Positions 1 to 11,009 of a stretch of 64,000 nucleotides of DNA are shown piece after piece. Origin of the DNA: a virus; IMG/VR virus record IMGVR_UViG_3300044641_007991, positions 10,281 to 74,280 of that record; one strand, given 5' to 3'. Position 1 is the stretch's first letter. The number at the start of each line of letters is the position of its first letter. Both the position numbers and the translations under genes were made by a program. Under the pieces are notes generated by a model. That model was not told the DNA's origin, ran no database searches, and saw nothing but the letters and a program-made list of their open reading frames with translations.

Positions 1-639
1 CTTATAATTCCGTTTAGCGTACAATCTGTATATCAATATGAAACATGGTTTTTAAACGAATATAATTGTGCAACTTCGCCTGATTGGTATAATAAACATA
101 ATAATGAGGGAATGGTATTTGGAACCTCAGAATTTTATGACAAATCTAAAACAACATGTTTAGAAAAATATGGTTACGAATATTGTTTACAAGCTCCAGA
201 AATACAGGAAAAGTCTAAACAAACTTTATTAGATAATTATGGAGTAGATTCTCCTGCAAAAAATGAAGAAATTTTAAATAGAATGAAAGACACCAATATA
301 AAAAAATATGGTGTAGAATTTCCCTTACAATCTGACGTAATAAAAGAAAATACTAAATTAACTAATTTAGAAAGATATGGTTATGAATATGGGTTGCAAT
401 CGCCGATAATAAAAGAAAAATCGAAACAGACTTGTTTGGAAGTATATGGAGTAGACCATCCATCAAAAGATCCAGAAATAAAAGAACGAATATTTAATAC
501 ATTTAAAAAAACTAATTTAGAAAAATATGGCGTGGAATTTCATGTTAATATACAAGTTACTTGTCCATATTGTAATAAAATTGGCAATAAACCAATTATG
601 ATGCGATGGCATTTTAATAATTGTAAATTAAAAACATAA
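1..639 (+). CDS. Homing endonuclease-like protein, 5'-truncated by the window edge
   Basis: Frame 1 is open from base 1 (..YQYETWFLNEYNCATSPDWYNKHNN..). Tandem K.T.LEKYG.E/D repeats and a C-terminal CPYC...RWHFNNC zinc ribbon like those of the HEG at 22112. Confidence 0.65.
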   Translation, partial: LIIPFSVQSVYQYETWFLNEYNCATSPDWYNKHNNEGMVFGTSEFYDKSKTTCLEKYGYEYCLQAPEIQEKSKQTLLDNYGVDSPAKNEEILNRMKDTNIKKYGVEFPLQSDVIKENTKLTNLERYGYEYGLQSPIIKEKSKQTCLEVYGVDHPSKDPEIKERIFNTFKKTNLEKYGVEFHVNIQVTCPYCNKIGNKPIMMRWHFNNCKLKT

Positions 640-651
640 TATGGACATAAT

Positions 652-948
652 ATGGACATTACAGAAATAGGCGAGTTAATCTCAAAATACGGTTTTCCGA
701 CAGTTTCATCATTTTTTATGCTCAGAATGGTTCGTTACGTTTGGGATTTTACAATCAATGAGATTAACCCAGTTTTAGGTGAAGCTAATAAAGAGTTAAT
801 TGCTCTTATTGATAGAATACGTCTTTGTGATAACGATCTTTTGAGATTAACTGCTAAATTAAATACAGTTCTTCAAATTCGTGAAAAGGCTTTATTACAA
901 CAAGATCAAGAAGAACCGCCAAAACCAAAACGTCCAAGATCAGGATAA
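652..948 (+). CDS. Small membrane protein (N-terminal hydrophobic helix, coiled-coil tail)
   Basis: ISKYGFPTVSSFFM..VW then LIALIDRIRL.DNDLLRL; GGA RBS upstream. Confidence 0.7.
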   Translation: MDITEIGELISKYGFPTVSSFFMLRMVRYVWDFTINEINPVLGEANKELIALIDRIRLCDNDLLRLTAKLNTVLQIREKALLQQDQEEPPKPKRPRSG

Positions 949-952
949 TTAT

Positions 953-1399
953 ATGAGAAAACACCTATTAAAGTTGTTTTTTATTATGTGTTTTTCAATT
1001 GATGTTAACGCCTCTAATCTAGTTTATGAATTCAATAATCCATCATTTTCGGGAAATGGTTGGTCAACTCAAGTAATAACTCTAGAACAAATAGAATCCG
1101 CTCGAAAGCAAAAAATAAAAGATGATGCAGCAGCTGGCATAGCCAAAGCTGCAGCTGATGCTAAAAATAGCAATTTATCTAAATTTTTAGTTAATGTTGA
1201 GTCCAGGATTTACGCTCAATTATCCAAACAATTAGCTGATCAAATGTTTACTGATAGTGGAGCAACATCAGGTACAATGGATTTTCAGGGAACATCTATT
1301 AATTGGGTTAAAGGTGCAACTGATGTATCGTTAACAATTACAGAATCTAATGGTAATACCACTGATATTATAGTTCCTATTGGTCAGTTTGGATTTTAA
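953..1399 (+). CDS. csgF: Curli assembly protein CsgF-like
   Basis: Signal peptide followed by LVYEFNNPSFSGNG and ESRIYAQLSKQL..., directly upstream of csgG. Start moved to the ATG at 953. Confidence 0.8.
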   Translation: MRKHLLKLFFIMCFSIDVNASNLVYEFNNPSFSGNGWSTQVITLEQIESARKQKIKDDAAAGIAKAAADAKNSNLSKFLVNVESRIYAQLSKQLADQMFTDSGATSGTMDFQGTSINWVKGATDVSLTITESNGNTTDIIVPIGQFGF

Positions 1400-1400
1400 T

Positions 1401-2177
1401 ATGAAATATATGATTTTATCCATATTATTGCTTACAGGGTGTTCTCAAATTGCTTTGGATATTATGAGAGAAGATCCCGTTCCTATAACATCAAGAATCA
1501 CATTAAGTAATAAATTACCGGAATTGGAAGGACCAGCAATACCAATTTCTATTTACGATTTTACTGATAAAACTGGGCAACGTAAACCATCAGACAAATT
1601 AGCTCAATTATCAACAGCTGTTCCACAGGGAGCAGAATCGTTTGTTATCAAAGCATTACAAGATTCAAAAAATTGGTTTAAGGTTGTTGAACGAGTTGGT
1701 TTAGATAATTTAGTTAAAGAGCGACAATTAATTCGCAATCAACGAGATGTTTACGAAGGAAAAGAATCTAAACCATTACCTCCATTATTAGTTAGTGGAT
1801 TAATGGTAACAGGTAGCATTAGTGGATACGATTCTGATATTCGTACGGGTGGAATAGGGTTAAGGTTATTTAAACTTGGATTCACCCAAGAATATAGAGT
1901 TGATCAAATTACTATCTCGATGAGATTAATTTCTGTTTCATCTGGGGAAGTATTAGTATCAGTGGCAACAACTAAAACGATTTATAGTTTTGCTAGTGAT
2001 GCTGGTGTTATGATGTTTATTGGAACTGGTAATGTAACTGCTCTAGAAGCAGAAGTTGGAAATAGCGTCAACGAACCTATTACTGAAGGTGTTAGAGTTG
2101 CTATTGAAGACAGTGTTTATTCTATGATAATTGAAGGGGAAAAACGAGGTCTTTGGAAATTTAAAAAGGAAAAATAG
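1401..2177 (+). CDS. csgG: Curli secretion channel CsgG-like lipoprotein
   Basis: Lipobox LTGC; IYDFTDKTGQRKP, STAVPQGA, WFKVVERVGLDNLVKERQLIR, GSISGYD motifs. Confidence 0.9.
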   Translation: MKYMILSILLLTGCSQIALDIMREDPVPITSRITLSNKLPELEGPAIPISIYDFTDKTGQRKPSDKLAQLSTAVPQGAESFVIKALQDSKNWFKVVERVGLDNLVKERQLIRNQRDVYEGKESKPLPPLLVSGLMVTGSISGYDSDIRTGGIGLRLFKLGFTQEYRVDQITISMRLISVSSGEVLVSVATTKTIYSFASDAGVMMFIGTGNVTALEAEVGNSVNEPITEGVRVAIEDSVYSMIIEGEKRGLWKFKKEK

Positions 2178-2768
2178 ATGAAAATCTTACAAACATATTT
2201 GATTATGTTTGTTATGCTCTTTGCTACTACTACATTTGCTAATGATATTTTTATTGAACAGGTTGGGAGTTTATCTGATATTACATTAACACAACAGGGT
2301 GTTGATAATCGTATTGGGACAGCTCTTAATCCTTCATTTTTTGGTGGAAGTAGTGATGTGTCGACTATTGAACAAATTGGTTCTAGAAATGAATTAGATT
2401 TGATCGTAAATGGTGATAATACAACTGTTACATTAAGTACAACAGGTAATGATAATAAAGAAACAATTAATTGTGGAGTCAAAACTGCTGTGACATGTAA
2501 CAATACTACAATCAATCATACTATATCGGGTGATAATAATACTATTGACACTACAATTGGTGCTACAACTAATAGTAAAATGACTGTAACTGGTGATAGT
2601 AATGCTATTACTCATACAAGTACAAGTTCTGGTATTGTATCTGCTGATTTAACTTTAACTGGTAACAGTAATACAATTGATTTAACTCAAAGCGGAACTT
2701 TGGATAAGAGTATAAAAATTGAAAGTACTGGTTCTAACAATAATATTACTGTTAATCAATCCAATTAA
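2178..2768 (+). CDS. Secreted curlin-like repeat protein (CsgA/CsgB-like)
   Basis: Signal peptide and repeated Q/T-x-G-x-x-N-x-I units (IEQVG, TQQGVDN, EQIGSRN, TGDSN, TGNSN, TGSNN); follows csgG. Confidence 0.7.
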   Translation: MKILQTYLIMFVMLFATTTFANDIFIEQVGSLSDITLTQQGVDNRIGTALNPSFFGGSSDVSTIEQIGSRNELDLIVNGDNTTVTLSTTGNDNKETINCGVKTAVTCNNTTINHTISGDNNTIDTTIGATTNSKMTVTGDSNAITHTSTSSGIVSADLTLTGNSNTIDLTQSGTLDKSIKIESTGSNNNITVNQSN

Positions 2769-2854
2769 TATAAATAGACGGTAGTCGCGGATCCCCCGAT
2801 CCCACTACCTCTAAACATTTTTACACTTAATCAAGAGGATTAACAATGTCCAGC
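2769..2854 (+). promoter_or_regulatory. Late promoter plus conserved HEG leader RNA, copy A
   Basis: TATAAATA 2769-2776; GGTAGT-CGC-GGATC-loop-GATCC-C-ACTACC-TCTAAACATT...AATGTCCAGC. Confidence 0.8.
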
Positions 2855-3694
2855 GCAAATATTTATATTATCACAGAACAACAGCGTTTAAATTTTAAAC
2901 CAACATATCTTTATATCAAACAACATTCAGTTACTGGATTAAAATATTTCGGAAAAACGATTAAATCTGATCCAATAAAATATAAAGGATCTGGTATTAG
3001 GTGGTCAAAACATATAAAAAAACACGGAACTAAATTTGTTACCACTTTATGGTATAAATTATATACAGATATAGATGAATTATTATCCGTTGCTATAACT
3101 CTATCTGAAATTTATGATATCGTGGATTCTGATTTTTGGGCGAATATTGTGCCAGAAAATGGGTTAACTGGCGGAGATTCTGAAACTGTTAGAAGGCAAC
3201 AAAAAGAGAAAGTTGCAGAAGGAACCCATAATTTTTTAGGTGGGGAGATTGGGGGGAGTTTTTCAAGAGAACGAGTTTTAAATGGAACCCATAATTTTTT
3301 AGGTCCAGAATCAAATAGAAAGCGAATAGCTGATGGAACACATCCATTTTTAAATTCCGATTTTCAAAGAAATGTTCAATTAAAATTATTATCTGAAGGG
3401 ACTCATATATTCCTTAATCCAGAATTTCGAGAAAATCAATCTAATAGAGTTAAAGAAATGAATGCAACAAACGTCTCTAATGGTACGCACCCTTTTTTAG
3501 GACCGGAGTTGAATAAAAAACGAATAGCTGATGGGACACATCCTTTACTCACTTTATCCAAACAAAGATCTAATAGAAAAATATATCTTGACATAAAAGA
3601 ATTAGCTAAAACATTAAAGATTAAATTACCACCTGGGCTAAATATGAAATCTGATGAATTTTTATTGAAATTTAAAGACAAATATTTGACTTAA
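2846..3694 (+). CDS. Free-standing GIY-YIG-type (Seg-like) homing endonuclease
   Basis: PTYLYIKQHSVTGLKYFGKT..YKGSG..W..HIKKHG; C-terminal GTH(N/P)FL repeats. Confidence 0.8.
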   Translation: MSSANIYIITEQQRLNFKPTYLYIKQHSVTGLKYFGKTIKSDPIKYKGSGIRWSKHIKKHGTKFVTTLWYKLYTDIDELLSVAITLSEIYDIVDSDFWANIVPENGLTGGDSETVRRQQKEKVAEGTHNFLGGEIGGSFSRERVLNGTHNFLGPESNRKRIADGTHPFLNSDFQRNVQLKLLSEGTHIFLNPEFRENQSNRVKEMNATNVSNGTHPFLGPELNKKRIADGTHPLLTLSKQRSNRKIYLDIKELAKTLKIKLPPGLNMKSDEFLLKFKDKYLT

Positions 3695-3695
3695 T

Positions 3696-4754
3696 ATGCA
3701 ATTTTGTGTATTTGTATTTTTAACATTTATATCAGTGAATGTTTTATCTGATATAGGGAAAATCGAATACCAAACAGGATTAGCTGAAATTAATAGGAAT
3801 AATAGATCCTATGCAACTAAAGAGCAATTTCCAGTAGAATCTAAAGATTCTATTATTACAGCTAATTCTAAACTTAATATTAAATTTGAAGATAATACAC
3901 GAGTTGCTGTGTCTGAACAAAGTAAACTTATTATTGATGATTTTATATACGACCCTAAAAAAACAGCAGGGAAATTAGCTTTAAAGTTTGCTTTAGGAAC
4001 TGTTAGATATACTTCAGGACAAATTGCTAAACATAATCCTCAAACAGTATCTATTAATACGCCGACTTCCGTAATTTCAATTCGGGGCACTGATTTTAGC
4101 GCCACTGTTGATGAATTAGGTAAAAGTACAATTATTTTATTACCCAGTTGTGATATTACTGGTTGTGTTACAGGTGCTATTGAAGTTTCTACTGATGCAG
4201 GGTTTGTTTTAATGAACCAAGCATTCCAGACAACAGTTGTATCAGATAAAAATTCTGCTCCAACAAAACCTGTTATCATATCAATCGATGCAGCTAATAT
4301 AGATAATACATTAATTGTATCTCCTCCTGTAAAATCTACAGATAATTCAACAAAAGTAGAACAAATAAAAACTGATTTAGATATTAATTTTCTTGATCAA
4401 GATTTTTTATCATACAAACAATTAGATTTAAATGTTTTAGATTTAAGCAGCGAATTAGATAAAAATTATCTTGAGGTTGCTTTAATGGAAGATATGTTGA
4501 ACGCTACTAATCAAGTCGGCAGCGATTTATTAGCTGTTGGGGTAATGTTGCCTGGATATAATGAGGCTAGTAATTTAAAATATTATATTAATTCTATTGA
4601 ACAATTAGTATTAAACAAATCATCAAAACACCAATTTGAATTAAAAATTGATAAAAATTCAGATGCAACATTAAATTTAAATCAAGAAGGTGTTCCATTA
4701 TCTCAAAGAATTAATATGGGTGTTGCAACAAAAATTACTATTATTCAAAAATAA
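3696..4754 (+). CDS. FecR-domain periplasmic protein
   Basis: Signal peptide; DSIIT..IKFEDNTRVAVSEQSKLIIDDFIYD..GTVRYTSG..TPTSVISIRGTDF. Confidence 0.8.
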   Translation: MQFCVFVFLTFISVNVLSDIGKIEYQTGLAEINRNNRSYATKEQFPVESKDSIITANSKLNIKFEDNTRVAVSEQSKLIIDDFIYDPKKTAGKLALKFALGTVRYTSGQIAKHNPQTVSINTPTSVISIRGTDFSATVDELGKSTIILLPSCDITGCVTGAIEVSTDAGFVLMNQAFQTTVVSDKNSAPTKPVIISIDAANIDNTLIVSPPVKSTDNSTKVEQIKTDLDINFLDQDFLSYKQLDLNVLDLSSELDKNYLEVALMEDMLNATNQVGSDLLAVGVMLPGYNEASNLKYYINSIEQLVLNKSSKHQFELKIDKNSDATLNLNQEGVPLSQRINMGVATKITIIQK

Positions 4755-4785
4755 ATAGTTTTTTTAAATATAACGTGAGGTAATC

Positions 4786-5499
4786 ATGAAAAAACTTGTT
4801 TTAGCACTATGTTTAGCGTTTTCTACTGCTGTATTTGCAGGAACTATTAACGAACAATGTCCGCAATTAACTGTAAACGGAACTCCACAATATGAATCTC
4901 AGCAAGGCGATCAAGAAATTTGTCATGCAAATTATGCAGTAATTCATAGATGCGGAGTAAAGGCTCCAGTTGCAGTATTTGAACATTTAACCAAAGAAGA
5001 TATTACTGGTCCAGCTAAACGAAAAGATAATTTTCACCCTGATTCTGATGTTTCCCCGCAATGTTCAGCTACTTTAGCCGATTATGCTACTGTTGGTAAA
5101 ACTCATGATAGAGGACATTTATCTCCAGCTGGAAACAATACTCAAAGTGCTGATATTATGAGCGAAAGTTTTGATTTGAGTAACATGGTAGCTCAGGTAG
5201 CAAACAATAATCGTGGGATCTGGAAACAATTAGAAACTAAAGAACGCGAAATGATTTCAACTGCAGGAACAGATTATTATATTATTTCTGGTGGCATTTT
5301 TGATCCTGGATACTCTGTAACTGGTAATGGTTTGGGTATTCCAACTAGATTGTATAAAATAATTGTCGAGAAAAATAATAAATCCGTGCAAGCATATTTA
5401 ATGCCAAATGCTGCGTTACCTGTGACAGATTTACCGAAATATCAAGTGTCGCTAGAAGAAGTTGAGCAAGCAACGCAAATGAAATTTAATTTAAAATGA
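4786..5499 (+). CDS. Secreted DNA/RNA non-specific endonuclease (NucA family)
   Basis: Signal peptide; DRGHLSPA, SFDLSNMVAQ..NNRGIWKQLE, IPTRLYKI. Confidence 0.9.
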   Translation: MKKLVLALCLAFSTAVFAGTINEQCPQLTVNGTPQYESQQGDQEICHANYAVIHRCGVKAPVAVFEHLTKEDITGPAKRKDNFHPDSDVSPQCSATLADYATVGKTHDRGHLSPAGNNTQSADIMSESFDLSNMVAQVANNNRGIWKQLETKEREMISTAGTDYYIISGGIFDPGYSVTGNGLGIPTRLYKIIVEKNNKSVQAYLMPNAALPVTDLPKYQVSLEEVEQATQMKFNLK

Positions 5500-7244
5500 G
5501 AAAAGTTTTATTATCTCCATGGTTTTCGTTGGTAACTCTAGCATTAGTAATAGTGCTACGGGTTGCTGACCCTAGTTTCATAGAATCGATTCGACTTCGA
5601 TATTTCGACACAATTATAACAAGTCAGCAAGTTAAACCTTCTGAACAAATTCGTGTTGTTAATATTGATGATGAAACGATCAAACGCTATGGTCAATTCC
5701 CATTTCCGCGTGACAAATATGCTGAGATAATCCAGACATTATTTGACCATCAAGCTGGATTAGTTGTTTTTAACGTATTCATGCCAGAATCTGATAGGTT
5801 TGGAAAGGACAATGAACTCAAAAAAATTATTGACACCTATCCAGTTATCTTACCTGAAGTTGGGGTTAATGATTCTACTGCTAGTGTTGCCCCTAAAATT
5901 GGCGTATCCGAAATCGGTGAATCTGCCAGACCTTGGGCGCCACAGTACAAGGGAATACAATCTAACATCCCAGAATATCAGGGTGCAGCAGGCATTGGAG
6001 TCGTTAATACCCTCCCAGAAATTGATGGAGTCACCAGAAGAATACCCATGGTTGTATCAGCCACAGATACTCTCTACCCGTCCATCTCGATGGAAACGCT
6101 TAGAGTTGCAGCTGGAGACCCTAGCTTTCAAATTAAGTCTAATGAATCGGGGATCGAAGCAGTTAGAATCCCTCAGTTTGGAAAAATTGATACTGATGAA
6201 TTTGGAAGAATCTGGATCGATTGGTCGAACATACCGATGGAATATTCCTTCAATAGATTACCCGATAGTTTTGATGGTGGAATTGTTATTGTCGGGCTTA
6301 CTGGACGAGGACTCAATAATCCTGTCGCAACAGCTAGAGGGAACGTCTATCCGCATCAACTTCAATCTACGGTATTAGATACAATTTTAAAAGGTACTAA
6401 TATTTCTAGACCAGATTGGGCAACAGTTGTTGAATTATTATCAACATTATTATTGAGTATTGTTTCTATATTATTAGTGCGGTGGAAATATGGATTTATT
6501 CCTGTTATTACAGCTATTACCTCTATACATTTTGGTGTTAGTTATATTTTTAACAATTATCATTACCTTTTGGACGCTACGATTCCTGTTCTGGGCATTT
6601 TTCTGGTGTATGCTCATAGTTTCACTGTTAAATTTATTACTGAACTAAACGCTAAATTGCAAATTAAACGACAATTTGGAACTTATTTAAGTCCTGCATT
6701 GGTAGAAAAGTTGCAAAAAAATCCTGAGTTGTTAACTCTTGGTGGAGAATCTAGAGAATTGACAATTTATTTTTCTGATATTAGGTCATTTACAACGCTG
6801 TCTGAGCATTATAAAACTGATCCCATGGGGTTAACCAATTTAATAACCCGATATATGGATAAAATGTTACCTATTATAATGAAAAATGAAGGTACTGTTG
6901 GAAAACTTATTGGTGATGCTATTATGGCATGGTGGGGTGCTCCATTAGATGTAGAAAATCACGCATCAATGGCTATTAAAACTGCAAAAGAAATGGAAAT
7001 AGCATTAGCAGAATTAAATGAAGAATTAATATCTGAAGGTAAACCTCCATTACATGTTGGTGCTGGTATTAGTACTGGAACTGTATTTGTTGGTAATATG
7101 GGATCTTCTGAAAGATTTAGTTATGATATATTAGGGGATGAGGTTAATCTTGCAGCAAGATTAGAAGGACAAACTAAAGGATACGGAGTATCTTTAATAT
7201 TGAGTGAAAACGCATTAAATAGATTAAAGTTTGAAAATGTATAA
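5496..7244 (+). CDS. CHASE2-domain class III adenylate/guanylate cyclase, N-terminal fragment
   Basis: VVNIDDETI..YGQFPFPR (CHASE2), TM helices, FSDIRSFT, KLIGDAIMAWWGAP, GDEVNLAARLEG. Stops before the VKGK motif. Confidence 0.9.
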   Translation: MRKVLLSPWFSLVTLALVIVLRVADPSFIESIRLRYFDTIITSQQVKPSEQIRVVNIDDETIKRYGQFPFPRDKYAEIIQTLFDHQAGLVVFNVFMPESDRFGKDNELKKIIDTYPVILPEVGVNDSTASVAPKIGVSEIGESARPWAPQYKGIQSNIPEYQGAAGIGVVNTLPEIDGVTRRIPMVVSATDTLYPSISMETLRVAAGDPSFQIKSNESGIEAVRIPQFGKIDTDEFGRIWIDWSNIPMEYSFNRLPDSFDGGIVIVGLTGRGLNNPVATARGNVYPHQLQSTVLDTILKGTNISRPDWATVVELLSTLLLSIVSILLVRWKYGFIPVITAITSIHFGVSYIFNNYHYLLDATIPVLGIFLVYAHSFTVKFITELNAKLQIKRQFGTYLSPALVEKLQKNPELLTLGGESRELTIYFSDIRSFTTLSEHYKTDPMGLTNLITRYMDKMLPIIMKNEGTVGKLIGDAIMAWWGAPLDVENHASMAIKTAKEMEIALAELNEELISEGKPPLHVGAGISTGTVFVGNMGSSERFSYDILGDEVNLAARLEGQTKGYGVSLILSENALNRLKFENV

Positions 7245-7328
7245 ATAATGTGTAGATCGCGATACTACTAATATCCATCTACTCTAAACATATTCTTAAC
7301 ACTATTACGAGGAACAGTTATGTCCAGC
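7240..7328 (+). promoter_or_regulatory. Late promoter plus conserved HEG leader RNA, copy B
   Basis: TATAAATA 7240-7247 (contains the cyclase stop codon); GTAGAT-CGC-GATA-loop-TATC-C-ATCTAC-TCTAAACATA...TATGTCCAGC. Confidence 0.8.
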
Positions 7329-8231
7329 GAAAATATTTATACACATACAATATCAGAATCACAACGATTAGAATTTAAACCTACTTGGTTATACATTAAA
7401 TATCACCCAGTAACAGGCTTATCTTATTTTGGTAAGACGATTAAAAATCCATACAAATATAAAGGATCTGGTCCATATTGGAAAAACCATATAAAAAAGT
7501 ATAATAGTAAATTTGTAGAAACTTTATGGTGTCATTTATTTGTGAATATTGATGAATTGGTTGAATATGCTTTATGGTTTTCTAGTGTGAACGATATTGT
7601 AGAATCCACATTATGGGCTAATATGGTATTTGAAGATGGATTAGGTGGAAGAGGAGTAAGTGGTGCCGGTAATGGTATGTACAATAAACAGCACACAGAA
7701 GAAACGAAAAAATTAATTTCTGAAATAAAAACAGCTAATCCGGTAAAACTGTTTGCAGAAGATAATCCACGATTTGGGAAACCTGGAACATTTAAAAATA
7801 AAACCCACACTAAAGAATCTAAATTGAAAATTTCAAATTCTAAAAAGAATAAAACTTATGAAGAAATTTATGGCTCGGTTGAAAAAGCTCAAATAATGAG
7901 AGAAAAACGATCAACCGAATCTAAAAATAGATCTGTATCTGAAATTACTAGAAAAAAATTAAGTTTAGCCAATATAGGAAAGACTAGAACTGAACAACAA
8001 AGATTAAATAATTCAAAAGCTCAAAAAGGATTACAAGCAGGATCCAATAACCCAAGAGCTTTAAAAATTAAAGCGATATCTCCAGAAGGCGAAATATTCC
8101 ATATTCATGGAGAATTTAGAATATTTTGCGAATCTAAATCATTATCTCAATCAATAGCAGGAAAAATATTGAAACATAACCATAAACCAAAATCCGGTAA
8201 TTGTATTGGGTGGAGTTTTTCTTATGAATGA
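7320..8231 (+). CDS. GIY-YIG-type homing endonuclease with NUMOD3-like repeats
   Basis: PTWLYIKYHPVTGLSYFGKT..YKGSG; HTEETKKLIS and HTKESKLKIS repeats. Confidence 0.8.
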   Translation: MSSENIYTHTISESQRLEFKPTWLYIKYHPVTGLSYFGKTIKNPYKYKGSGPYWKNHIKKYNSKFVETLWCHLFVNIDELVEYALWFSSVNDIVESTLWANMVFEDGLGGRGVSGAGNGMYNKQHTEETKKLISEIKTANPVKLFAEDNPRFGKPGTFKNKTHTKESKLKISNSKKNKTYEEIYGSVEKAQIMREKRSTESKNRSVSEITRKKLSLANIGKTRTEQQRLNNSKAQKGLQAGSNNPRALKIKAISPEGEIFHIHGEFRIFCESKSLSQSIAGKILKHNHKPKSGNCIGWSFSYE

Positions 8232-8490
8232 TTTTGTTGAACTCGATACAGTAGCAGTCAAGGGAAAAAAAGAAGGGATTAAGATTTTCACGGTAGCAAA
8301 TCCACCACCAGAACATCAATTATATCTAGAAGCATATTATGCTGGGGATTGGAAATCTGCTGCGATTATTTGTAAACATTTATCCGAACAACCAGGAGAT
8401 CTTCAACATTATTATGAATTAATGTTAGAACGTATTTCTGGAGAATGTCCAGATAACTGGACTGGTACATATCACGCAACTTCCAAATGA
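8224..8490 (+). CDS. C-terminal fragment of the CHASE2 cyclase
   Basis: MNDFVELDTVAVKGKKEGIKIFTV...AYYAGDW...W.G.Y.ATSK is the usual tail of these cyclases. Own GGAG RBS at 8212-8215. Confidence 0.8.
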   Translation: MNDFVELDTVAVKGKKEGIKIFTVANPPPEHQLYLEAYYAGDWKSAAIICKHLSEQPGDLQHYYELMLERISGECPDNWTGTYHATSK

Positions 8491-8519
8491 AAAAAGGGAG
8501 CCGAAGCTCCCTTTATCTT

Positions 8520-8520
<1 letters not shown>
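8490..8520. terminator. Bidirectional intrinsic terminator
   Basis: AAAAAAGGGAGC-CGAA-GCTCCCTTT between convergent genes (UUCG loop on the - strand). Confidence 0.85.
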
Positions 8521-10151
<1,631 letters not shown>

Positions 10152-10183
10152 TTATTGTGTAAATATAATTATTTAAATCTATA

Positions 10184-10519
10184 TTAACATCCATTGTTGT
10201 TATCTGAATCCATATCTCGTTCGACGATAGGACTGATTACTTGTTGATAAGTTTCCTCAAAGATGTCTGGCTTACATGCATAGAATTCTCCTTGGACACC
10301 ACGAATAATATAATCACCTTCAGATGCAATATGATACGAATCACTTCTGTCTTCTAGAGTTTTGATTTCTAACCAAGCTTCATTCTCATCAGTATCGTAC
10401 ATTCCAGCATCACGATAAGCATCACCAAGCCAGTTTTTCAAAAATAATAAACATTCTGATGTATATTCAAATACAACAGCTTCAATTACAACTGGTCGTT
10501 TTTTGTATTTTTTAATCAT
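10184..10519 (-). CDS. Conserved phage protein (KKRPVVIEAV...IKTLE...GDYIIRGVQGEFYACKPDIFEETY family)
   Basis: Recognisable phage motif; start set at MIKKYKK. Confidence 0.75.
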   Translation of the reverse strand: MIKKYKKRPVVIEAVVFEYTSECLLFLKNWLGDAYRDAGMYDTDENEAWLEIKTLEDRSDSYHIASEGDYIIRGVQGEFYACKPDIFEETYQQVISPIVERDMDSDNNNGC

Positions 10520-10754
10520 CTTCGCCGTAGATTGCAATAATATGCTCTGATTTAATTACATACAAATCATTTTTAATTTTCTTAGCTTCATTCCAATCAA
10601 TCATGATTGTATCTTCCAATTTTAAATCTTCAACCCACCCGCCAAATCCTAAGACTTTGGCTTTAATTGCATCATCACTCTCAACTCCTTGAATAAGACC
10701 TTGATACTCATCTTTTTGTTTCTTAACGATAACATAATCATTTAATACTTGCAT
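10512..10754 (-). CDS. groES: GroES-like co-chaperonin (short, divergent)
   Basis: MQVLNDYVIVKK..KAKVLGFG..LKLEDTIM..IKSEHIIAI pattern, close to groEL. Confidence 0.7.
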   Translation of the reverse strand: MQVLNDYVIVKKQKDEYQGLIQGVESDDAIKAKVLGFGGWVEDLKLEDTIMIDWNEAKKIKNDLYVIKSEHIIAIYGEDD

Positions 10755-10782
10755 AAGTTTCCTCTTTTAGTTAAAACAATAC

Positions 10783-10989
10783 TTATATTGCTGTTGATGG
10801 GATTAATTTTGGAATAGTTAATTCCGGTTTTTGTTCTGGTTGAACAAATTCTGGTTGTGGTTTTGGATGCGCTGCTTTAAATGCCGCAACTAATTGCTCA
10901 TTAATCTGAGCGGCAAATATGAATAATAGAACAAATACGATAGGAAAAAATACGATTTTTAATAATGTTTCTATATGTTTCATGATCAC
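10783..10989 (-). CDS. Small membrane protein
   Basis: One hydrophobic helix and a Pro-rich tail. Confidence 0.6.
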   Translation of the reverse strand: MIMKHIETLLKIVFFPIVFVLLFIFAAQINEQLVAAFKAAHPKPQPEFVQPEQKPELTIPKLIPSTAI

Positions 10990-11009
10990 CTAATGAATTA
11001 TAAATGTAA

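Noticed and set aside
5764-6378. 204-aa overlapping ORF inside the cyclase
   Set aside because: Alternative frame of a well-supported gene; no RBS or motif.
7245-8223. Group I intron in the cyclase
   Set aside because: Only ~75 nt of non-coding sequence 5' of the HEG and none 3' of it; no room for a catalytic core. The downstream fragment has its own RBS.
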